From Octopus sinensis (Eukaryota): DNA of 64,000 bases. The notes below the pieces were generated by a model. The model did no database searches. It saw only the letters and a program-made list of their open reading frames with translations, and was not told the DNA's origin. Numbering within the stretch: position 1 is the stretch's first letter; the number at the start of each line of letters is the position of its first letter. This document shows positions 38,743 to 49,024 of the stretch, in pieces. The position numbers and the translations under genes are program-made. The stretch is from positions 21,018,001 through 21,082,000 of the forward strand of contig NC_043000.1 of NCBI RefSeq assembly GCF_006345805.1, read 5' to 3'.

Positions 38743-38950
38743 ATCAATCTGGCTTGTGCAGTCACCAGAGTGACAGGTGATCAAGTGACTGGGTGGTTTC
38801 CTGAAGTCAGTGTTGTAGATCTTAGGTCATTTGCATCACAAAACTCCAATAGCACACCATCGAAGCCACCAGGATGGTACCCAACATGCCCATTGAAATC
38901 ACCAGCCATGAAGATAGGGCCATTATCAATAATCATTGAAGTAGTCAGCT
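38743..38950 (-). mobile_element. Old RTE AP-endonuclease fragment
   Basis: IFMAGDFNGHVG..LLEFCDANDL..SQID. Confidence 0.75.
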
Positions 38951-39652
38951 ACAATAATTTATTTTTTAACCCTCTGTAACCTCACTAATAAACAAAAGGC
39001 TAAAACACAAATCCTACAGAGCTAATGTTCTTTCATATTTAATGTTCTATTATATCTAATTATTTTTACAGGTCATGGAATATTTAAAAATTTGCCATTA
39101 AATTTACCATAAAATTAAAACATAATCTAGCACAAATTTTTCAACTGAAACGAAATTCAGTTCTACCTATTTGATATCACAGAAGGAGATAACTGGATGC
39201 AGCTGTTTGGACACTGATGATTTGCACAGCAGACTGGACATTCAGCCTGTTTTGGTGACAGTACTTTTTGGCACTGGAGGAAAGCAAACAAACACATATG
39301 TGCATGGAGAGAGAGAGAAAGAGAGATAGATAGATAGCTAGATAGAGAGAGTAGAATTTATTAATTGAGTGAGATTGACATAAACACTTTCTTCTTGTAT
39401 AAAGAGAAATATGCCCACATACGTAGAAAGAGAGGTAGACATTGGGAGGGAAAAATGAGAGAAATATTAAAACGTCTGATGTCAAATAAGTCAGCATCGA
39501 ATCAGCAATGCTAAATACATGGTGCCAAAATGTCTACAACCAGATCAACATTAAATAATCATGTGAATATGATTATGAATCTTGGTTATTTATTTTGATC
39601 ATGCCACACATAGAATAAGAGGACACATTAATGAAAACAGAGGAAAACTAAC

Positions 39653-39809
39653 CATTCTCATCTGGCGTCTCATAGGGTGGTAACTTCATGGTAAAAATGC
39701 GTCGAAGACGACATGAGGCAGAGACAGTGATGTTGTCAACAGCTTTAAATGTCTGATTTTTCCAAAGATCATTTACTGCAGAGACTAAATCAACACAGAG
39801 GTTAATCCA
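39653..39809 (-). CDS. CFAP20DC: CFAP20DC coding exon 6 (WINLCVDLVSAVNDLWKNQTFKAVDNITVSASCRLRRIFTMKLPPYETPDEN)
   Basis: tgtttcag acceptor, gttagt donor, 157 nt, phase 0/1; end of the CFA20 domain. Confidence 0.9.
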
Positions 39810-39996
39810 CTGAAACAAAACAACATATAAATTATTGTAATGACTAAAGTAAAAAAAAAGTTTTAAAATAATTATTGCCACAAGAAAATCAGAAAACACT
39901 TAATCTGAGATTACCTCATTGATACTGAATGAGATATTGCAAGACAGAGATTGTAATAGAATAAAACTTGATGCTTAATTAAATATTTCTACTTAC

Positions 39997-40111
39997 CAAA
40001 CCTCTCTTGATTTTCAACAAAGGCACTTTGGCATGAAGTGGAGTACACTGGATCTCTCTTTGTGCAGTTGACAGCAATATTCTTCGCTTGTTATTTCCAA
40101 GGTCAATTAAA
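39997..40111 (-). CDS. CFAP20DC: CFAP20DC coding exon 5 (LIDLGNNKRRILLSTAQREIQCTPLHAKVPLLKIKRGL)
   Basis: ttttccag acceptor, gtaagt donor, 115 nt, phase 2/0. Confidence 0.9.
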
Positions 40112-40404
40112 CTGGAAAATTAAACATTGAATAAAATTTACATATTAAACAATAGCCAAGATAATTTTTTTTAAATATTAGCCACAGGCTAAAATTGTAT
40201 TGTTTTTTGTTTTTTTTACCAAATAATTTTTTGAATTAGCTTACCAATATTCTTTGCATAAACCTTTTAGCATTTAATTCGACCATATCAGGCCAAAATA
40301 TTCAAACTGGCCATATCTAGCCTCTCACACTTTTTTTCCAATGTCATTCTAAAAATAAACAATTGCATCAACAAAATTTCGAAGCTATGAGATAATGTAC
40401 GATT

Positions 40405-40850
40405 ATCATCATCATCGTTTAATGCCTGCTTTCCATGCTAGCATGGGTTGGACAGTTTGACTGAGGGCTGGCGAACCAGATGGCTGCACCAGGCTCCAGT
40501 CTTGATCTGGCAGAGTTTCTACACCTGGATGCCCTTCCTAACGCCAACCACTCCAAGAGTGTAGTGGGTGCTTTTACGTGCCACCGGCATGGGGGCCAGT
40601 CAGGCAGTACTGGCAACAACCTCACTCGAATCTTTTTACACATGCCAACAGCACAGGTGCCAGTAAGGTGATGCTGGTAACAATCCTGCTCGAATGGTGC
40701 CTCCTACATGCCACCGACACAGAAGCCAGTTAGCAGCTCTGGCAATGATCACGCTCGGATGGTGCTCTTAGCACCCTACTAGCATGGGGCACAAGTGCCA
40801 GTAAGGTGAAGCTGGCAACGATCACACTCGAATGGTGTCTTTTATGTGCC
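40405..40850 (-). mobile_element. RTE 3' UTR fragment
   Basis: Reverse-complement terminal module with (ATC)n. Confidence 0.8.
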
Positions 40851-41745
40851 ACAATTCAAAACAATATGAACAAGAGCACTCAGAGAGTGCAAACTTCTGC
40901 CAACATACTCTCAACGATTAGCCGAGATGATTTATAAAATGAGAATATCTGAAATAAACTCAACTGCTCTCACAAACGAGAATACTAAAAATGAACCTGA
41001 CTGCTCTCAAAAATTAAGTAAAAAAACAGGAAAAATAATCCAGAATCCTTGTCCGGTACCAGATCAATTCCAAAATCTAATCAGTTTGTGCCAGTCACAA
41101 AGCCAAACATCTCTGAAAGTTTCATCCAAATCCATCCAGGAGTTCTCAAGATATCTTGTCCACAGTCAAACCAACAAACACAACTGAAAACAATACCTCC
41201 TCCTTTGCTAAGGCAGAGATAATAAATAAACGTTACATTTTACAGAGTACCTTGAATGCTGAATGGTTAAACATGTCAGCAGTAATGATCTTTCAATCGT
41301 AAGTACAGCATCTTAACCACAAGGCCACAGGCATTCACCCCCAAGATCATACCTTGTCTTAAAAAGTGACACTGGTACAATGTTCTGAATAAAACGATGG
41401 AACAGTCATTACTAGAATACCTTAGATCATAGGTCTAATTGACCAGGGCCATCTTGGAGCTAAATTACAAGACAAATGTTGCTGTGAAGTTGTTACTCAT
41501 GACTACTCAGTTTAGTCATATTAGATTTCCATATGTATATATTTTTTAATAATATATTATTATTAATATTAGGAAATCGATATCAGAAAACTCCTCAGAA
41601 AGATATACGCGTGTGAAAAATAATTGTTGTATTAAAAATATATAAATAAATAAATATAAATATGTATAAAAATATATGTAAATATGTATATGTATAAATA
41701 TATAATATATGACAGTTTAAAAGTTTTGAATTAAGTATTTAAAGC

Positions 41746-41835
41746 ATCTTACGATCGTTTCACAGAAGTGTTGTCCCTATAATGAAATCCTATATTGATA
41801 AGCATTTATAGACAACTCTTCTGCTCTTCAGAGAT
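41746..41835 (-). ncRNA. Type I hammerhead ribozyme-like motif (family A), sense to CFAP20DC intron 4
   Basis: AUCU-CUGAAGA-GCAGAAG..CUUCUGU-GAA-ACGAUCGU-A-AGAU; complete core, long stem II, GUA site. Confidence 0.75.
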
Positions 41836-42025
41836 ATAAAATTTGAATTTTTTTATAACATATTGAATGGTAGTTTTTTTTTTTAATTTGAAGCAATACT
41901 ATAAAATGGTGTTTGTTTGAAATATAAATTTAAAATTAAAAGCTACTGCTTTTGATGAGTCTTAAATTCCATATATACTTCCTTGGTTGGTCTTTCCATT
42001 CGTGGGACTTCATAAAGTAATTTCC

Positions 42026-42098
42026 CTACTTCAACAGGTGTTCCAACCCTAATCCTTCACATAACAAGCAGGAATACTCACCACTACACTACTAAGGA
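42026..42098 (-). pseudogene. Decayed tRNA-Asp-like relic
   Basis: TCCTTAGTAGTGTAGTGGTGAGTATTCCTGCTTGTTATGTGAAGGATTAGGGTTGGAACACC resembles metazoan tRNA-Asp(GTC) with CpG-type decay. Confidence 0.55.
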
Positions 42099-42152
42099 TT
42101 GGAATGGCAGTTTGGGTACAAATATACTGGATACAAACATACTGAGTCTTAC

Positions 42153-42225
42153 CCAAGTTCAAGAGAGAAATCTTGGCCTCTTCCCAAGTATAACTGGACT
42201 ATTAGAAATTGTTGGATCAAAACCA
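42153..42225 (-). CDS. CFAP20DC: CFAP20DC coding exon 4 (LVLIQQFLIVQLYLGRGQDFSLELG)
   Basis: ttttcag acceptor, gtaaga donor, 73 nt, phase 1/2. Confidence 0.9.
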
Positions 42226-42536
42226 CTGAAAATGAAAAAAAAAAGATAGTTTAATTTGTTAAAAACCACTAAAATGCTTGTTTTTCTTCAAATTGGCTTA
42301 CGCTTGATAGGTATTCAAATCATTACCACATGAATAGTTAATGTAGCTAGATTACAATCATCCAGATGTTAGCTCTCTCTGCATGTGCTTTCTCATGAGC
42401 TTAACCTTAAAATTGATTTAGAGTGAAGTAAACAATACTACAAGGAGCATATATTGAATGAAAATAAATTAATCTGTTACAACTAAGTTCTAACAAAAAA
42501 GAAATTTTAATAATTGTATATAAAATTCACACCTAC

Positions 42537-42630
42537 ATGATTGGCGAGAATCTTTTGGTAATACCATTTTTGTTGTACTTGTGCTTCCTTCCAGACTATA
42601 AATATACCCTTTGACTTCTTTTTCATAAAT
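42537..42630 (-). CDS. CFAP20DC: CFAP20DC coding exon 3 (IYEKEVKGYIYSLEGSTSTTKMVLPKDSRQS)
   Basis: atttctag acceptor, gtaggt donor, 94 nt, phase 0/1. Confidence 0.9.
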
Positions 42631-43862
42631 CTAGAAATAAGCATAATGATTCTTATATAACAAAATCTGAATATATTTTCATCCATTTAGTAGCAATTTT
42701 TCCGTCGACAATTTTTATAATAAAAATTCTCTCTCGCTTTTGAATGTTTATTTCTAAACTAGAAACCTTTGTTCTTACTCCTTTTTGTTTTGTTTTGTGT
42801 ACTGTATATGGCATATATGTCTGCTGTCTTTTATCTTTTATCCATTTTTAACAAGTTGTAGTACATCTGAGCACACTATACAATAAGAAGGTTGTCAGCA
42901 TTATCATAATTATTATAAATTTTATGGAAGAATATCTTATATTGCAAACACAAGATCAATAATGACAGTTATTTTATTAAAATCTTTCCGTTTTTTCCAA
43001 AAGAAATTGAAACAAAAGATGGTGCCTTTCATTACAGATAAAGTCACAGAATGGTTAAATGAATTTATGAATTAGGAATGGAAAAACAATAAATAAAATA
43101 AAAATGGATATTTTAAAATTGAAGGAGCTTTAACTGTAAATAATATTCTTTATAAAGAAAATATTTCTAGATTAATTCTAAAACAATTTAGGATTTTATA
43201 CTCCAAGAGAGAACATACAGATCCATCTATAAACTTAAGAATTCTCATTTCAACCTAGTTAGATCTCTTTAGCTTTGGTGCAGCTAAAAGCATGTATGTT
43301 CTTTATCTACATCATAAACTGGTGTATTATAGATACTGATTTGTATTTAAATAGCCAAACTAAGAGAACATATTTGATTCTCATAGCACTTAAGCTGATG
43401 AGATTCAATTAGGCTGAAAGGCTGAAATCACAATCAGGCCATCTCCACATATTCTCTCTAATGAGTTCAACCTCAAAATTGATTTAGAGTAAAGCAAGAA
43501 ATAATTTCTTTAATTTGTATGATCTGTAGTGCGTTACATAATTTTCAATAAAGTTATATAAATATATTCATAGTTATAAATAAAATGATACAGCTGACAT
43601 AAAATGTGAAAGATGATAAGCCACCAAAGGACTCTCTATATGGTCACTCAATTTGCTAAAAATATCAGTCAAATTTTCCTTCTTTTCTACCTTCTGAAAA
43701 AAGAGGGACATATCTGACAATGTAATACTAGATATGCAATACTGAGGAACAGATGGGATGATCAAGACGGGAACATCTCTGATCCTAAGTCCCTGTTCTG
43801 TCAGAGTTGATCTGAGCTAAACAACAGCAAACAACAACAAATGTGAGATGAAAACTACTCAC

Positions 43863-43949
43863 CTTCCGGATCCCAGAACCCCCCACAAGTTTCCAGTTTG
43901 CTGTAGCATCTTTGCCTTGTGAAGAGAATATTTCAAAGAAAGAGCCACC
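43863..43949 (-). CDS. CFAP20DC: CFAP20DC coding exon 2 (GGSFFEIFSSQGKDATANWKLVGGSGIRK)
   Basis: ttttctag acceptor, gtgagt donor, 87 nt, phase 0/0. Confidence 0.9.
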
Positions 43950-44203
43950 CTAGAAAATAAATGTTATTAAGAAATATCAGATATCATCAAGTCAGTCTTT
44001 ATATGTCTATAGAGAATTCTGTAGCTAAGTCACAGAGGTCCTCGCATGTTTTCATGGGAGATAATATTTCTGCATGGCCAGACAAGTTTTCACAGAAGAT
44101 TGGAAACAAAGGACACTGCTTGTATGATGGAAATTACAACTATCTTCAAACTGTTACAATTACAACTACCACGAGGTATTAAGACAAGAAGACATTAACA
44201 CAC

Positions 44204-44276
<73 letters not shown>

Positions 44277-44782
44277 CATAAACAAAAATTCTTATAATTA
44301 TGAGTATAATTATAATTAGGGTTCAGCAAAAAATTTGCTTCACCACATACCAAAATTTAGAACTAGCACCCAAAATTAGCTATATCTCTACCATAAGAAA
44401 ATCTCCCAGACAACAATACTCAAACAACCCACATAGGTAAAGAGAAAAAAATAACGAATTCACTCGGTTTAGATTAACTGTGGATGTGTTTCAGAGTTAG
44501 ATAGCTATGAAAAATGCAAAAACCACATTTCCATTCTATCATTCTCACTGTGCTAAAATTTTATTTTAGAATTTCTGGGAGCAGCTGTCTTTGAAGACTC
44601 ATATTGTTGTTAAATGCTCGAAATGAGGAGTGGATGGACAGCCAGCAACTGATGAGGGGTCCTTTTTCTGTGTTTACTTGTCTTGGCTTCCACTTTTTTT
44701 TTCAATGATTGCATATTTAACTTGTTTGTTTACGTATTTCAGGTTATTTGCACCGTTGGTGATGTCCTGTACCCATATATGC

Positions 44783-44828
<46 letters not shown>

Positions 44829-45649
44829 TAATAAATAAAATATATGCATACATACAAACATATATGTACGTACCTACATCTACATGTACATATACATGCA
44901 TATATAAATATATACGTGAGTACAGGACACCACAACTAGACGTAGAACTCAACGAGAAACGAAAACGGAAAAACAAGCATGGAACAAACCATTTTTTTAC
45001 AACAGAAAAACAGAGTACAAGACAAATATATATATAAATATATATATATTATTTAATTGAACACAATGCTCCATTTCTAAGTAAGTATATATATATATAT
45101 CATCACCATTAATATTATCTTCACTATCATCCTAATTCCATGCTGATATGGTTTGGATAGTTTAACACAGATCCAATGAGTCAAGGACTGCATCATACTC
45201 CAGAGTCTGCTTTGGCATGGTTGCTACAACTGGATGCCTTCTTAATACCAACCACTTTACAGTGAGGTTGCCATTTAGCTTCCATGTTAACAAACTCAGG
45301 GTTAAGCTGGTGGTTAAGGTATGAGGAAGAGGTTGGAATAGGGCAGATTCCTGTGAAAGGTTCTAGAAGTTTTGCCTAACTCTATAAAAACTGGGAAATT
45401 GAGCTCCTGAATAGAACAACCTTTGGTGCTACACAAAACTCTATCAGTCAATTTTGTAATAAGGTGTTCTCATTTTTTCAACTTATTCTGTCTTTAATAA
45501 CTGTGAAAGATTCTCATGTAAATAACAAAAATATTTTATGCAATGCAAACTTTTAATTATCATTATCTTCAGTATGTTGTTTTATTCAAATAACTGTTGC
45601 ACATTTTTAAATGCAAATCTCTCAGGTGTTAAAAAATATATGCTTTTAA

Positions 45650-45854
45650 CCCTTTCTTTACCAACCTGGCTCTGTAGTACAAGTATCTTGTTTTCATAAG
45701 TTTTGAATTAAAATCTTCCACCAAACTTTAGTAACAATTTAAATTCCTAACAATAGTTTAATGGTAACTAAGTTATTTTACTAAATTCTTTGTTATATTT
45801 AAAATAATTGAAAGAAACACAGAGCATCTCAAAATAAATACAGTAACGAAAGGG
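45650..45854. mobile_element. piggyBac-type MITE
   Basis: TTAA flanks; TIR CCCTTTC(G/T)TTAC shared with 28405-29457. Confidence 0.78.
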
Positions 45855-45955
45855 TTAATCTCAGGAACTAGACAACATCAACAACAACATTATTGGGATT
45901 GCCATTAAATTTATTTACAGATTAAATTTTGAATATCAATAAAGTCAATACAGAC

Positions 45956-45976
45956 CTGGTACTCATTCTTGTACAT
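45956..45976 (-). CDS. CFAP20DC: CFAP20DC coding exon 1 (MYKNEYQ)
   Basis: ATGTACAAGAATGAGTACCAG|gtctgt; acceptor ttatgcag 16 nt upstream of the ATG (exon starts 45992). Confidence 0.85.
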
Positions 45977-46074
45977 ACTGTAGTTAAGTTTCCTGCATAA
46001 ATAACAAAAAAATTACGAATTAATATATTTATAGATTAGCTGTGTAATTTTATGAAATATAAACAAATACAGGC

Positions 46075-46447
46075 GCAGGAGTGGCTGTGTGGTAAGTAGC
46101 TTGCTTAACAACCACATGGATCCGGGTTCAGTCCCACTGCGTGGCACTTTGGGCAAGTGTCTTCTACTATAGCTTCGGGTCAACCAAAGCCTTGTGAGTG
46201 GATTTGGTAGACAGAAACTGAAAGAAGCCTGTCGTATACATGTATGTATGTATGTGTATATGTTTGTCCCCACCAACATCGCTTGACAACTGATGCTGGT
46301 GTGTTTACGTCCCGTAACTTAGCAGTTCAGCAAAAGAGACCGATAGAATAAGTACTAGGCTTAGAAAGAATAAGTCCTGGAGTCAATTTGTTCGACTAAA
46401 GGCAGTGCTCCAGCATGGCCGCAGTCAAATGACTGAAACAAGTAAAA
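46075..46447 (+). mobile_element. SINE family A, full length
   Basis: Head to GACTGAAACAAGTAAA tail. Confidence 0.85.
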
Positions 46448-47280
46448 AGAACTGCAAAAACAAACATCACAAGCTAATGTGGTTGTTTGACCTGCTAGAA
46501 ATAGCAGTCAATTCTTCACTTTATACCTTGCTGTCTTTTAAAAAGGGGCAATATATGAAAGGTGTCTGGATAAAAAAGGTGGGGGTGGTGTGGCTGGAAT
46601 GCTTTTTCTCTTAGGTGTGATAGATCAGAACTCTTTTTGGATTAAACATGAACAACAAGAAACATCAGTAAACAGGTAAGAAATATTTTGTTGGCATATG
46701 AGATAAAGGTAAATGAGGTCATGCTTAATGAGAAATATGGAGTGGAAAGCAAACAGTGACTAGGATGTATGAAGTAAGACATTGAAATAATATTTTTAAA
46801 ATGCTTAGGTGATCAACTACATAAAACAAAGATGTTTTGCAGCTTGAAACTAATTAGTTTGGCATTTGATCACAAGTTTATTTGATCAGTTCACCTAAGC
46901 CTAAACAATAACAATTCAATTAGATTTATTATTGGCTTATATTGGTCTGAACAGCAGATATGCTTACATTATAAACAGACTGAGAGAGGGAGAAAAAGAT
47001 AGAGAGAGAGAGAGAGCATGTGTGTGTATGTGTGTGTGAGAGATATAAGATATAAGAACTGGATTCTAGGAATCAAGTGGAACCCAGCTATCAGGTTATA
47101 CAGTTATTTAAATTCCAAAGTATTTGAACAGGACCATGCAACTGTGAATACGGTTTCTATACATCCAGAGGTTTTGAGGCAACCTTCCTACAGTCTGAAG
47201 TTATAGTCTTCTCTCTTCTGTGCATTGTAGTATGTTTATAGTGTATGCAACTACATATACATACATAAGTACAAGTACAG

Positions 47281-47319
<39 letters not shown>

Positions 47320-48283
47320 AATGTTTACATTGAAGTTAATGAGATAATTCTGAGTGGTTTATGAAACAGCTGTAACCTATTCAGAAGTATTAAAATTCTT
47401 CTTGCCTTTTACTTCTTGTTTTATATGTGGATACAGAAAAGGCTGCATAGTTAAGAAGTTTAATTCATAACCACTTCCCATTTTTTTCAGGGTCAATTCC
47501 ACTGTGTGGCACCTTGGGTACTTTCCACTATAGCTCTGGTTTGACCAATACTACATGAGGGAATTTAGTAGATGGAAACTGTAGGAAGTTCACTGTGTGT
47601 GTGTGTGTGTGAATGTGCATGAATGTCTATGTTCCATGCATGTCACTGCTTCAATGAAGTGATGCTGTTGATATTGATGTTCCTTGTTAACATTATAACA
47701 GATTTACTCTTTTCTTTGAAAGATGTGTGCAATAAAGACACATCTTTATTGAAAAAAAAGGCAAGGGTTGGCAACATTAAGAATGTCCAGCCATAAAATC
47801 CAGCCTCAACTCTCCATCTAAACTCATACTAATGGACATTAAACAAATGAACTAACATATTCTTTTATTTGTTTCAGTCATTTGACTGCAGCCATGCTGG
47901 AGCACTGCCTTTAGTTGAGCAAATCGACCCCAGGACTTATTCTTTGTAAGCCTAGTACTTATTCTATCGGTCTCTTTTGCCGAACTGCTAGCTGACGGGG
48001 ATGTAAACACACCAGCATCGGTTGTCAAGCGATGTTAGGGGGACAAACACAGACACACAAACATATACATACACATATATATATATATCGACGAGCTTCT
48101 TTCAGTTTCCGTCTACCAAATCTACTCACAAGGCTTTGGTTGGCCTGAGGCTATAGTAGAAGACACTTGCCCAAGGTGCCACGCAGTGGGACTGAACCCA
48201 GAACCATAATCTATAGAAATCTATAGTAGCAGAGTGGTATCTAAGAGTTCAGAAAAGGTCATTTGGAAGGTCTCCACAATGAT

Positions 48284-48383
48284 NNNNNNNNNNNNNNNNN
48301 NNNNNNNNNNNNNNNNNNNNNNNNNNNNNNNNNNNNNNNNNNNNNNNNNNNNNNNNNNNNNNNNNNNNNNNNNNNNNNNNNNN
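48284..48383. other. Assembly gap (100 N, probably of unknown true size)
   Basis: Run of exactly 100 N. Confidence 0.99.
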
Positions 48384-48657
48384 AGGTCATCCACATAACA
48401 TTTCATATCTCGAACATTTAATCATAGAATTTATGACATCACGGAAGATGAAACATAACTCATCTGTACAAGCATATAAGAAAGTGCGAGAAAAATGTGT
48501 GAATACAGTTCATCACGGTTAATGTTAATACCTTAGCGATTAAGAAATATATATTTTTTAAAGAACATTACAACACCTAGAAAATAAATACGTAAAAATA
48601 TAGTTTAAAGTAATATATAAATATATAGGTATATAAAAATATATAATATATATATAT

Positions 48658-48698
<41 letters not shown>

Positions 48699-48700
48699 CA

Positions 48701-48746
48701 AAAACTGTCTGATGAACGGCAACGAGAAACTCAGAGTAACAGATTT
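48701..48746 (+). ncRNA. Minimal hammerhead-like motif (family B)
   Basis: CUGU-CUGAUGA-A-CG(GCAA)CG-A-GAA-ACUCAGAGU-A-ACAG. Confidence 0.55.
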
Positions 48747-48860
48747 TGTTGAATTTTCTGCTGCTTTAAATAAAGTATATATATATATATAGGAAGCATG
48801 TAAATAAGTAATATAGTAAAAAACCAGTGTCCAAGCAAAAAAGAAGAAACCATATTTATA

Positions 48861-48942
48861 TTCCCTATGGTCATTTCAGGGGTACATTACCGTATTTAAA
48901 GCACTAGGGTGCATCACAATAATAACTCCTTCGTCAGGGGAA
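48861..48942 (-). ncRNA. Type I hammerhead-like motif (family C)
   Basis: UUCCC-CUGACGA-AGG..CCU-GAA-AUGACCAU-A-GGGAA; perfect 5-bp stem I. Confidence 0.7.
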
Positions 48943-49024
48943 ACAATAGAGAGACAGACATCATCCCGTACCGGAGCGAGACCTCCTTAACTAGACTTAA
49001 CACAATATTGTGTGCTTATTTATT

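Larger units (their letters stand above)
6865..45992 (-). other. CFAP20DC: Multi-exon gene, CFA20-domain-containing protein (C3orf67 homologue); 17 coding exons found, 5' UTR exon and last coding exon not located
   Basis: Exons joined at GT-AG sites stay in frame over 2633 nt. Motifs MYKNEYQGG, QFLIVQLYLGRGQDFSLEL, WINLCVDLV, VSASCRLRRIFTMK, IAFGSK, PHPPREPS, YLFTSSPKSAP and NPRDWNVFSPPIVLP match my recollection of vertebrate CFAP20DC. Confidence 0.87.

Noticed and set aside
39170-39275. Possible minus-strand exon with a good acceptor (ttcctccag) and an AG|gtag donor
   Set aside because: The phase required after exon 6 hits a stop, and the 35264-35346 exon supplies the conserved IPKQCQ motif in the right phase. 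It could still be a cryptic or alternative exon.
44630-44680. CTGATGAGGGG as a hammerhead core
   Set aside because: No downstream stem II, GAAA or stem III could be built.
48221-48406. ORF spanning the N run
   Set aside because: Artefact of the assembly gap.
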